Translations under genes and position numbers: made by a program
Notes under the pieces: model-generated
Seen by the model: the letters and a program-made list of their open reading frames with translations, nothing else
The model's database searches: none
What the model was told of the DNA's origin: nothing
Part shown: one piece after another, positions 29,563 to 38,815 of the stretch
Layout of the letters: each line of letters opens with the position of its first letter
Position numbering within the stretch: position 1 is the stretch's first letter
Source: Capsulimonadales bacterium
Lineage (GTDB): Bacteria > Armatimonadota > Armatimonadia > Armatimonadales > Armatimonadaceae
Direction: 5' to 3'
Assembly: GCA_033762295.1 (NCBI GenBank)
Contig: JANRLW010000043.1
Location: 1-64,000, forward strand
DNA length: 64,000 nt

Positions 29563-30642
29563 TCAACGCGTTTTCGTATCGCAAACGGCGCGCAGAGTGA
29601 TTTCACCGGCCTGCACCGCCGGCGAGTAGAGCGACCAGGACACTTCACCGGAGACCGGGTCGGCATCACCGTTCGTTTCGACGATACGTCCCGGCAGTTG
29701 AACGACGAAGGTCAGGGCTGTCATCGTTTCGGACGTGTTCCCTGAGCCCGGAGGGCCGAGCGGCGGGCCTTCCGCTGTCTTTTTGTCGACGTTCTTGCGA
29801 AAGTTGCCGGTTTGCATATCGGCCAGTTGACGGGCGATGGCATGTCGTCGATCGACCGTCAGAGCGTTGCCATAGGTTTCCGCGAGCGCCCCGTCGATGG
29901 CCCCGGAGAAGCGACGCTTCAGTTTGCGCTCCGCGGTATCCGGGAAAAAGATCATGCTGAACATCTCGGCGAGGAGCGGGTCGCCGGGACCGAAGAACAG
30001 ACGCCAGAACCGGGGAGCGAGCCTTTCCTGAAAGCGAGCGACCTTCGTGGGGGTCGCGAGTTCCACAGGCAGGACTTTTTTGAACGCGGCTGTCAGTTCC
30101 GGGTCATTTTGCGAAAGGTCGCCGAACTTCAGGGGCGGTTTCGCCGGGTCTACCCATTGGAGCGTCTCGCGGTATTCCCATCGACCGTTGCCGAGGGAGC
30201 GAACCGTCACCGAGTTGGCGACCTGTACGGTTGGGCGGGCGGAGTCGCCGGAGCGCAGGGCGACATCCCGTGAGATCACCTCGCCGGGCCGGCAGGCGCG
30301 TACGGCGGTATAAACTTCCGTACGCATCATCGGGTTGGAGATCGGACCTTCGGTCTGCGGGTTGACCTGGTTGGGCTTCCCGGCGTTGGCGTTGGTGATG
30401 GACGGCGCCTCCGCTTTGCGGGACGTCTTCCACCGGCCACCTTTCGGGAGTTCGAAGGTTTTATCGAGGGTGATTCCCGTAGACGGGCCGGTATCCGAGG
30501 CAACCCCGGCGAAAAACTTGTCCGTTCGTTCCCAGGTGCCGTCCGGATGAACGGTCGTCACCAGGACGGCGCGCCCACAACCGGTCAGGAACAGCAGGGC
30601 GAGAAGGGCGAGACCGACGGACGGATAGGTCGACGTTCTCAT
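29563..30642 (-). CDS. hypothetical lipoprotein
   Basis: Lipobox LTGC, VHPDG, LPGRIVETNG; SD AAAGGA. Confidence 0.75.
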   Translation of the reverse strand: MRTSTYPSVGLALLALLFLTGCGRAVLVTTVHPDGTWERTDKFFAGVASDTGPSTGITLDKTFELPKGGRWKTSRKAEAPSITNANAGKPNQVNPQTEGPISNPMMRTEVYTAVRACRPGEVISRDVALRSGDSARPTVQVANSVTVRSLGNGRWEYRETLQWVDPAKPPLKFGDLSQNDPELTAAFKKVLPVELATPTKVARFQERLAPRFWRLFFGPGDPLLAEMFSMIFFPDTAERKLKRRFSGAIDGALAETYGNALTVDRRHAIARQLADMQTGNFRKNVDKKTAEGPPLGPPGSGNTSETMTALTFVVQLPGRIVETNGDADPVSGEVSWSLYSPAVQAGEITLRAVCDTKTR

Positions 30643-30757
30643 GATCGGTTCCTTTCGGGATGGATCGCCCGCGCACCGGGCGAAGAAGAGGGCGAAGTTG
30701 GCGCGGTGTTTGCTCCCTATTCATTATAGAGATTTTCGGGATATTCCACCACCACCG

Positions 30758-31954
30758 TCAGGACGTGTAGATACGTCCCTTCCAGGTATGGCCTTTCCCT
30801 GACAGGGAAAGGTACGCGGAACGAACGGCGATGGCGCAGACGATACACCAGCCGACGGGGTGAGTGAGGGTCGCCCAGACCGCCTGACGGAAGCGGACGG
30901 AGAGCGCAAGGCGGATCGAAAGACCGACGAAAAGGTGGAACAGCGGCAGAACGAAACCGGCCGGGGACCGGTCTCCGTTGAAGAGGGCCAGGACGACCCA
31001 CAGGGACGGAAGAATCTGGGTGGTTACCTGGAAGAGAAGCCAGACGCTCAGTACGGCCAGGCTGCGGCCCATGGCCGGAAACATATTCTTGCTGAAGCCC
31101 TCCCAAATTCCGGAAAGCGATTCGTACATCCGTACGGCGTAGGTATGCGAACCGTCGGCGTAGACCAGGCGCATTCCTGACTTCTTCACGTGCTGTGCGA
31201 ATTTGATGTCCTCGGCCATCTCTCCGCGCACTGCGCCATGGCCCCCAAGGCGGCCATAGGTGTCGGCGGGAAGAAGAATGAACGCACCGTTGGCGGCGGC
31301 GAACGCCGGGTTCGGAGAGGCGTAGACATTCCGGATCGGCAGAGTGGTAAAGACCAGGAAGTATTGCAGTGGGATGACGATATGCTCCCAGAACGATTCG
31401 CAAATCAGGTAAGGCATCAAAGAGAGGCAGTCCGCGCCGGTCCGTTCCCGATGTCGGACGGACGCTTCGAGGGAACCGGGGTAAAAACGGCAGTCGGCGT
31501 CGGTCAGGAGCAGAAGATCGCCGGTCGCCGCTTCGGCCAGTTGCCGCAGCGCGTTCGGCTTGCCCTTCCATCCGGGCAGGAGTTCGCCACCACGCAGGAG
31601 TCGCACCCGGCTATCCCCGGCGGCGAGAGCGGCGACGATCTCCCCGGTACGATCCTCAGAGCGGTCGTCCAGCACCAGAATCTCCAGAGGACCCGGATAA
31701 CCGGCATCGAGCAACGAGCGAACGCAGTCGGCGATGACCGCCTCCTCATTTCGTGCGGGGATCAGGACGGAGAGGGACGGCAGGGGACCCGGCGAGAGGG
31801 CCGGACCGGAGGACGGGCGGCGGAAGGCGAAGCCGTCCGCAATCGCGTTGATCAGCGAGAAGACGACGAAAACGCTGACGGTCATCTGGTACACTAGGAG
31901 CGGCGTCGTTTCCCGGACAGCCCAGTTCCACAGGTCGTAGAGCGATAACGGCAT
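30758..31954 (-). CDS. family 2 glycosyltransferase, CrtQ-like
   Basis: IPARNEE, DDRSED, PGWKGK, TDAD, ANG, ED, RMY, W.G. Confidence 0.88.
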   Translation of the reverse strand: MPLSLYDLWNWAVRETTPLLVYQMTVSVFVVFSLINAIADGFAFRRPSSGPALSPGPLPSLSVLIPARNEEAVIADCVRSLLDAGYPGPLEILVLDDRSEDRTGEIVAALAAGDSRVRLLRGGELLPGWKGKPNALRQLAEAATGDLLLLTDADCRFYPGSLEASVRHRERTGADCLSLMPYLICESFWEHIVIPLQYFLVFTTLPIRNVYASPNPAFAAANGAFILLPADTYGRLGGHGAVRGEMAEDIKFAQHVKKSGMRLVYADGSHTYAVRMYESLSGIWEGFSKNMFPAMGRSLAVLSVWLLFQVTTQILPSLWVVLALFNGDRSPAGFVLPLFHLFVGLSIRLALSVRFRQAVWATLTHPVGWCIVCAIAVRSAYLSLSGKGHTWKGRIYTS

Positions 31955-31974
31955 TCGTCAGGATTGTACCAGTC

Positions 31975-33069
31975 TTGCGCATCTTATTCGGTCCCGAACA
32001 GGACGGTCTCCATATCGCGCCGGACGCGCCGGGCGGGTACGAATGGTGGTACTTCGACGCGCTGTCGGACGACGGGAAATACGCGCTGGTCGTCATTTTC
32101 TTTCTGGGTGCGCCGATGTCGCCGTATTATCGCGCGGTTGTCGACTCCCGTGGTTTCGGGCGAACCCCGCCGTCGCCCAACGACTGGTGCGCGGTGTTCG
32201 TCTCCCTCCATGAAATTCCGCCTCCGAGCGTCGTCTTCACCACGAATCCCCACGGGGCGCGAAAACGGCGATCGGCAGAAGAACGAGCGTACGCGTACAA
32301 CCTCTACCGCGACGGGCGATTCGCGGCGGACGGTTCGGAAATCGTGATCGGAGACTCCCGGATGTGTCGAACGGTGAACGACGGCTGGCGATTATCCCTG
32401 ACGGAACGATGCCTCTGGTTCGGACGGATAACCGCCGACATCGAGTTCGCGCCGACCGGCGACCCGATCGCGGGCGATCCGTTCGGGAGGGATGACGACC
32501 ACACCTGGGTCTGCGTCGCGCCGCATTGCCGCGTCACGGCGAGCGTTCGAACGGCGGACGGACAGACGATCGATTTTCCCGCCGACGGGTATCACGATCA
32601 TAATTTCGGGACGCTGCCGTGGGCGGGCGGGGAGGACGCCGGTTGGTTCTGGGCGCGGGGCCATCTGTCGGGCGAGAACGGCGAGCGCACGACGGCGATC
32701 GTCTATACCCATACCGGCGAACCCGAACGTTTCCTTCTCACCCATCGCGCGGGTAGCCCGATTCGAATCACGGATGCCGCCCGGAGCGCCGTTACGGTGA
32801 CGTACCGTAACCCGTACGGTCTGGATTACCGGCTCAGCGAACGGTTCGAACAGCCGGAGTCGGGAGAGGTGTTCGTTCTGCGCTGCAACGCGTTCGGCGA
32901 TCTCTTGCGGGGGCCTTTTTACGGAAGATGGGTTGTCGAGATCTCCGGAACCGATGAGAAGGGTGCGCCGCTGCAGGGAAAAGGCATCGCCGAAGCCTTC
33001 CGTCCGTCGCGCCTTTGCCATCCGATCTGGTCGCGCTTGATGCGGACGCGCTTTCGTCGGAGGAGCTAG
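31975..33069 (+). CDS. CrtC-like carotenoid hydratase (lipocalin-like fold)
   Basis: GYEWWYFDALSDDG, VIFFLG.PMSPYY, GYHDHNFG, W.W.R; TTG start uncertain. Confidence 0.75.
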   Translation: MRILFGPEQDGLHIAPDAPGGYEWWYFDALSDDGKYALVVIFFLGAPMSPYYRAVVDSRGFGRTPPSPNDWCAVFVSLHEIPPPSVVFTTNPHGARKRRSAEERAYAYNLYRDGRFAADGSEIVIGDSRMCRTVNDGWRLSLTERCLWFGRITADIEFAPTGDPIAGDPFGRDDDHTWVCVAPHCRVTASVRTADGQTIDFPADGYHDHNFGTLPWAGGEDAGWFWARGHLSGENGERTTAIVYTHTGEPERFLLTHRAGSPIRITDAARSAVTVTYRNPYGLDYRLSERFEQPESGEVFVLRCNAFGDLLRGPFYGRWVVEISGTDEKGAPLQGKGIAEAFRPSRLCHPIWSRLMRTRFRRRS

Positions 33070-33070
33070 A

Positions 33071-33865
33071 GTGTCCCCGGCGGAAGCGAGGGCGGTACTG
33101 CCGATCGTCGGCACGCGGGCGGCGCAGGTCGGCGTGATCGGCGCGGTGGCGTTGGCACCACTTTTTCGCGTGTTGCCGTTCCCATGGTTTGTCGGCGTGA
33201 CGGCGGCAGGAGGCGTCGCCGTGACGGCGGGGTTGTCGCTCTATTTCGTCCGTGTGTTCGATCCGCGCACGACCTTCGGGTACCCGCTGTTGGTGCGTCC
33301 GTCCGCGCCACGCGATGTCTCCCTGACATTCGACGACGGTCCGCACCCGGAGACGACGCCGGTCCTGCTGGAGACTCTGGCCCGGTCCGGCGCACGGGCG
33401 ACCTTCTTCCTGATTGCCGAGACCGCCCGAGCCTATCCCGATCTGACGCGACGCATTGCGGCGGAGGGGCATTCGATCGGGCTTCACGGGCTTCGGCATG
33501 AGACCATGGTCCTCAAAAGCGCGAACCGACTGACCGCCGAATGGAGGGAGGCGGAAGCGATTCTGTCCGAAATCCTGGGAGGACCGCTTCCGGGACGGTT
33601 GCTTCGTCCGCCCCACGGCTTCAAAACCCCGACCGTCTGCCGGACGGCGTGTCAGCAGGGGTGGACCCTCGTCGCCTGGTCCGCCGACGGTCGGGACTAC
33701 GACGCGCTTTCGGCGGACGCCATTGTGCGGAATATTCGTGACGCGGGGCTGCCCGGCGCGATCGTTCTGCTCCACGAACGACCGGGAAGCACCGAAACCG
33801 TCGCCGCCCTCGAGGAACTTCTCCGGGAGGGATCGGCGCAAGGGTATAATTTCGTCGGGCTTTAA
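33071..33865 (+). CDS. polysaccharide deacetylase (NodB/CE4) with N-terminal TM segments
   Basis: LTFDDGP, ATFF, HGLRH, RPPHG, LLHE. Confidence 0.88.
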   Translation: MSPAEARAVLPIVGTRAAQVGVIGAVALAPLFRVLPFPWFVGVTAAGGVAVTAGLSLYFVRVFDPRTTFGYPLLVRPSAPRDVSLTFDDGPHPETTPVLLETLARSGARATFFLIAETARAYPDLTRRIAAEGHSIGLHGLRHETMVLKSANRLTAEWREAEAILSEILGGPLPGRLLRPPHGFKTPTVCRTACQQGWTLVAWSADGRDYDALSADAIVRNIRDAGLPGAIVLLHERPGSTETVAALEELLREGSAQGYNFVGL

Positions 33866-33874
33866 AGGGGAATT

Positions 33875-34828
33875 ATGAATCGACGAACGATTCCAAACAT
33901 GGACCCGGAAGTGTCGGCGCTTTGCTTCGGGTGCGGAAGTCTGGGAACCGGAGCGAAGGGCGATACGGCGTTGCGACTGATCGACGACTACGTGTCCGTC
34001 GGGGGGAATTTTTTCGATTCGGCGCACTGCTACGCGTTCTGGACGCCCGAAGGCGCGGGGGCGAGCGAACGTGAACTGGGGCGTTGCCTCCGCCATCTGG
34101 GGATTCGGGACCGTTGTGTGGTCGCGACCAAGGGCGGTCATCCGGAAGGGCCGGGCTACCCGCGACCGAAGGATTTTCTGGCGGAGACGGTTCTACGGCA
34201 GGATATCGAAGACAGTCTGGATCGGCTGGGTGTCGACCGTATCGATCTGTACTTCCTGCATCGGGATGACGGCAGAACGCCCGTCGGCGAAATTATCGAT
34301 CGGTTGAACGGCGAGGTGGCGCGGGGGAGAATAGGTTTCCTCGGCGCGAGCAACTGGTCGGTCGAACGGATCGCCGCCGCCAACACGTACGCCGCCGAAA
34401 CGGGGCAAAAAGGGTTTGTCATCTCGCAGATTCAGTGGGGACTGGCGGTTCCGAACTGGTATTCGGAAGAACCGGGGCCGGACCCGGTACACCGGACGGT
34501 CGGCCTGAAGGAGCGGGAGTTCCATCGGCGGACGGGGCTGCCGATCGCCGCTTTCTCGGCCACGGTCAGCGGCTATTTCGCCGGGAACGAGGGAGCGAAC
34601 CATTTGTACGACAGTGAGGTCAACCGGCGGCGACGGGAACGGGCGCGGGAGGTGGCGGGGGAGATCGGAGCGACCCCGAACCAGGTGGCGCTGGCGTGGC
34701 TCCTGCATCATCCGTTTTCGGTGTTTCCGATCTTCGCCACCAATCGTCCCGATCATCTGAACGAAATCCTCGGCGCGGCGCAGGTACGCCTCGCCGAGGA
34801 TCAACTCGGCCGGTTAACGGTGGATTGA
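33875..34828 (+). CDS. aldo/keto reductase
   Basis: FDSAHCY, ATKGGH, SLDRLG.D.IDLY.LHRDD, GASNW. Confidence 0.92.
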   Translation: MNRRTIPNMDPEVSALCFGCGSLGTGAKGDTALRLIDDYVSVGGNFFDSAHCYAFWTPEGAGASERELGRCLRHLGIRDRCVVATKGGHPEGPGYPRPKDFLAETVLRQDIEDSLDRLGVDRIDLYFLHRDDGRTPVGEIIDRLNGEVARGRIGFLGASNWSVERIAAANTYAAETGQKGFVISQIQWGLAVPNWYSEEPGPDPVHRTVGLKEREFHRRTGLPIAAFSATVSGYFAGNEGANHLYDSEVNRRRRERAREVAGEIGATPNQVALAWLLHHPFSVFPIFATNRPDHLNEILGAAQVRLAEDQLGRLTVD

Positions 34829-34838
34829 CCGTCCGGCC

Positions 34839-37262
34839 TTACTTTCCGGCCAGTGCGGTCACCTCCGCCGCCGTCAGTGTCTCCTTCCCGTCCGTGCCGA
34901 AGCGAACCGCCTGTGTCGCGTTCGCCACGAACAGGACCGTTTCACCGACGGACGCCCAGCGGGCAATGTCCCGGTTCCGTCGGATCAGGGCGAAATAGGC
35001 CGGTGAGTAGACCTTGATCCGGACGATTTCCTTCTGTTTTTTGGCGTCGTAGGTCGCATCCTGCCAGACATCGCCGTTACCTGTCCGGTAAAAGGCGCGC
35101 GACCCGGCGTTCCGAATCCGCTCGGCCATACGGGCGTTGCGGTCCTTGTCCTCGCCGGCCTGGGCCCGGTAGTAGGAGGTGTTTCCCACCACGGCCTGGT
35201 TGCGCTGAGCACGGGTCGCCTGACTGAGATTGACCGCGGACTCGCCTTTTCTGCCGGTATCCGCACTGCCGAAGCGAACATCGGTGCGCCCTCCGGCATT
35301 CCCACCCCCGCCCACGCCGACCCCACCGGGGGCGGCACCGGCCGGGAGGCCGACGGTCCCGCGTCCGAGGCTCGTCGAGAGCGAAGTTCCCACCGTCTCA
35401 GGTTCCGGAACAAACAGGCCGGTGTAGGGAGTGAGGATTCCGTACTCCTTCGACAGGGCGATAATCTGGTCGATGACCTCCTTCCGGGTGTCGTCGTCGG
35501 TTCGGAGGCGTACCTCATCCATCAGGTAGCCGATTTTCCGGGACGCCCAGAGCCGGGGCAGGAAGTCGGCCCCGGTCTCGACCGCAGGAAACTTTGCCGT
35601 CAGATCGAAGCTCTGCGGTCTGCCGTTGGCCTCACCGGCGAGGGTCAGACGCACCTTTTCGCTACCCCCCGTGTATCGACCGACGATGACCAATTGCCCC
35701 CCGGAGAACAGGTCGGGTAGGTCGCCCGGTCTGGGGTAAATCTCCCCGGTTCGCGCCCCATCGACCGTCAGTTTCAGGTTTTCCAGCACGGTGGCATTGG
35801 TCCGGGCGACGAAACGCGAGGTCTTGACTTCGATATCCTCATCCGGCCGGACGTAATCGGCGTCACCACGGAGCGACTGACTGACCTGATCGAGGAAGGG
35901 GACATCGACATCGTAACCGACGCCGAAAACGAAGGTCCGGGCTTTCTTTGCGTTCTCCTGAACGGCATTTCGGACGATGGTCGCCTGACTGCGCTCCCCG
36001 ACCGTCGGCAATCCGTCGGTGAAAAACAACAACGTATTGCCGGAGGCGCGTTCCGGGAACTGTTTCAGGCCGTCGAGCAATGCCTGGTTGATATTCGTGC
36101 CGCCATCGGCGGTGATTCCATCGACGAACGCTTCGGCCCGTTTTTTATTGTCCGGCGTCGCGTGGATCGGTTCCGGGGCGAACGGTTCCACAGCGTCCGA
36201 AAAGGTCAGGATATTGAAGCGGTCCTGAGGCCGCAGTTTCCCGATGGCGAAACGCAGTGCGCCCTTGGCCTGTTCGATCTTCTTTCCCTGCATGGAACCG
36301 GAACGGTCCATCACCAGCACCACCCGTCGGGGGGCCGGGTTTCGCTCGGTCGCGGAGAGCGTGGGCGAAACGACGACCAGGAAGTACCCGGATTGCCGGA
36401 CGCCGCCCGTCAGGCTGGCGACCTGTGGAAGCGCGGCGTTATAGGTCAGAACGGACAGAGCGACCGCTTCCTCGCTTTTCCCGGCGACGAAGAGGTTGAG
36501 TTCGGGATTTTCCGCAAGGCGCGAATCGGAACCCGCGCTTTCCCAGACGGCGGTCACTTCGGATTCCGAACGTCGAAAATCCATTTCATGCGTCGGCGAG
36601 TACACCGAGCCGATTCCCGAACCGGCGACGGCCACACGGACCGATACCTTTTCCGGGCGAGCGGCCCCGGGCAGATGGGGACCGACCAAAGTCCATACGT
36701 ATTTTCGCGCGTTGCCTTCTTTCGGAAGCACCGAGACCAGTTTCAGGGTGATTTTCCGCTGACTGTTCGCGGCGATCGGAAAAACTCGGGCGCGAAGCGC
36801 CGCCCGCCCCTGAAACGTAAGGAGCGCCGGGTCCCGTCGGCGGCGAACGATCTCCTCGTAGGTTGCCGTCGCTTCGTCCCGGTTCAGCAGGCGGCCTTCC
36901 ATCTTCCGGTCGCCGTCGTACAGGGCAAAGGACGTGACCTCTGCGCCGGCCGGAATCGGGAACAGGAAATCGGCTTCCTGATCGGTACCGGTCCGGTTCT
37001 CCAGGGTATGCGTGACGTCCGTACGGGCGACCCCGTCACGAATCGTCGCATCGACCTCGACCGCCTTGACGGCGATCTGGTGAACGGGTCGGGGCGGTAC
37101 CGGCTGGATCGGAAGGCGGGGATGCGGGTGCGGAATCGGTCGGGTAGGCGGTTGGATAGCCCGAACGGAACGAGGAAGGCCGGCAAAGAGCAGGAAGGGA
37201 GCCATCGCGAGCGATACACTGGCGATGAGAGCAAATGTGGACACTTTTCCTTTCGCAGTCAC
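34839..37262 (-). CDS. VIT + von Willebrand factor A domain protein, exported
   Basis: N-terminal hydrophobic segment, YEEIVRRRRDPALL (VIT), MIDAS DRSGS...GGT...TDG, RLWA.RKI, ILTPYT. Confidence 0.9.
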   Translation of the reverse strand: MTAKGKVSTFALIASVSLAMAPFLLFAGLPRSVRAIQPPTRPIPHPHPRLPIQPVPPRPVHQIAVKAVEVDATIRDGVARTDVTHTLENRTGTDQEADFLFPIPAGAEVTSFALYDGDRKMEGRLLNRDEATATYEEIVRRRRDPALLTFQGRAALRARVFPIAANSQRKITLKLVSVLPKEGNARKYVWTLVGPHLPGAARPEKVSVRVAVAGSGIGSVYSPTHEMDFRRSESEVTAVWESAGSDSRLAENPELNLFVAGKSEEAVALSVLTYNAALPQVASLTGGVRQSGYFLVVVSPTLSATERNPAPRRVVLVMDRSGSMQGKKIEQAKGALRFAIGKLRPQDRFNILTFSDAVEPFAPEPIHATPDNKKRAEAFVDGITADGGTNINQALLDGLKQFPERASGNTLLFFTDGLPTVGERSQATIVRNAVQENAKKARTFVFGVGYDVDVPFLDQVSQSLRGDADYVRPDEDIEVKTSRFVARTNATVLENLKLTVDGARTGEIYPRPGDLPDLFSGGQLVIVGRYTGGSEKVRLTLAGEANGRPQSFDLTAKFPAVETGADFLPRLWASRKIGYLMDEVRLRTDDDTRKEVIDQIIALSKEYGILTPYTGLFVPEPETVGTSLSTSLGRGTVGLPAGAAPGGVGVGGGGNAGGRTDVRFGSADTGRKGESAVNLSQATRAQRNQAVVGNTSYYRAQAGEDKDRNARMAERIRNAGSRAFYRTGNGDVWQDATYDAKKQKEIVRIKVYSPAYFALIRRNRDIARWASVGETVLFVANATQAVRFGTDGKETLTAAEVTALAGK

Positions 37263-37398
37263 GGTCGTATCTCCTGAGTCGGCATGCCGACAGGTTTATG
37301 ACCCGCCGACGCATCGTTCTCTTCAACCGGCCGATCTTTCCGATTTCCGAGGGAACTTACCGGACTTGTCGATTAGTTTTTAGTATTGAAAAGGTAAT

Positions 37399-37695
37399 AT
37401 GATGAACGAAAACTGGTGTCAGGCAATACGTGAACGCAAACGGGTGCGGTTGACCTACGGTGGCGGCGGTCGTCTGGTGGAGATGCATATCTATGGAACC
37501 GACGCGGCAGGGGAGCCTTATGTCCGCGCCTTCCAGGTGAGCGGTCACAGCAATACCGGCACACCAACCGGATGGAAGCTGTTCCGGGCGGAGGAGGTTC
37601 ACGACTGGTCGGTCACGCCGGAAACGTTTACCGGGCCGCGGGCGGGTTATAAGCCCGACGACCCGGTGGTGACCAACGTTTACTGCCGGATTTGA
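37399..37695 (+). CDS. small stand-alone WYL-like domain protein
   Basis: AI......Y....R.VE....G, VRAFQ, WKLFR pattern; AT-rich upstream region. Confidence 0.65.
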   Translation: MMNENWCQAIRERKRVRLTYGGGGRLVEMHIYGTDAAGEPYVRAFQVSGHSNTGTPTGWKLFRAEEVHDWSVTPETFTGPRAGYKPDDPVVTNVYCRI

Positions 37696-37708
37696 CCGTG
37701 TCCGAAGG

Positions 37709-38740
37709 TTAACGTTCGATAGGAATCGGTAGATTCTGGGTCTGTCCGGTATCGGCCGCGCGCAGGCCGGCCTCCAGAATCTCTTGGGAAAGCCGGCCAA
37801 TGGTGGCGGAGCAGACACCTTCGATCTCCGACCCGGTTTCGAGACAGTGAATGAAATACTCCGGCGCGGAACGATGCGGCGCTTCCGGCGCGGCAGGCTC
37901 GATCGTTTCCACATCCTTCCCGGGTTTGAAAAGCTGAACCTTGCCGTGGAGGATGGAGAGCGCCCCTTCCGAACCGTAGGCGACCGGGTTTGCCCCGGCA
38001 TAACCGGTGACCTGGGTCCACGACGCTTCGGCGACGGCCAGTGCGTTCCGATACTGCATCGTAACGATCGCATTGTCGTCCGGAAGCGGATAATCTTTGG
38101 CGAGCACGCCCCGCAGACCGGTTACCTTTTCGGGCAGGCCGAGGAATCGCGCGGCCATCGCCGCTCCATAACAGCAATAGTCCATGAACGCTCCCGCGCC
38201 GTTTTTCTCACCGTCGTAGAGCCATTCCCAGAAGCGCGGGTCGCACCCGATCTCTTTCGGACCGTTGTGTGCCGACCGGTACTTGAAGTAGCGAACCTGG
38301 CCGATATCTCCGGCAAGGATACGCCGCTCCATCTCCTGAAACGCGGGTTGCCAGGCGGTCGGCCAGTTTATCATCAGGCGGACGTCGGCCTTTTCGGCGG
38401 CGCGGACCATGCGTTCCGCCTGGGCGAGGGTGGCTGCCATCGGTTTCTCGACGAGCAGGTGCAGACCGTTCGTCGCCGCCGTTTCGACGATATCGGCGTG
38501 AACGCTGTTCTCCGCCGCGATCTGTACGATATCGAGCGACTCACCTTCGGTGGCCAGCATCTCCTGCCAGGAGTCGTACGTTTTTTCGACGCCGTAATCG
38601 CGCCGGATGCGTTCCCGGAGTTCCGGGTTGACATCGCCTGCCGCGACGATTTGCACGTTGGGGAGGGCCTGCCAGCGACGCAGTTCCCCCCAGACGTGAT
38701 CATGGACCAGGGCCGCCACACCAACACGATAGGTCTTCAT
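37709..38740 (-). CDS. Gfo/Idh/MocA oxidoreductase
   Basis: VEKPMA, GDIG, GAGAFMDYCCY, DDNA. Confidence 0.92.
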   Translation of the reverse strand: MKTYRVGVAALVHDHVWGELRRWQALPNVQIVAAGDVNPELRERIRRDYGVEKTYDSWQEMLATEGESLDIVQIAAENSVHADIVETAATNGLHLLVEKPMAATLAQAERMVRAAEKADVRLMINWPTAWQPAFQEMERRILAGDIGQVRYFKYRSAHNGPKEIGCDPRFWEWLYDGEKNGAGAFMDYCCYGAAMAARFLGLPEKVTGLRGVLAKDYPLPDDNAIVTMQYRNALAVAEASWTQVTGYAGANPVAYGSEGALSILHGKVQLFKPGKDVETIEPAAPEAPHRSAPEYFIHCLETGSEIEGVCSATIGRLSQEILEAGLRAADTGQTQNLPIPIER

Positions 38741-38815
38741 CGGAATGCCTCTTATGCGAATGGGAGATTCGCACAGGTGTTCGGCGTCGATGCGGGCGGT
38801 TCCTGCCGTGGCGGC

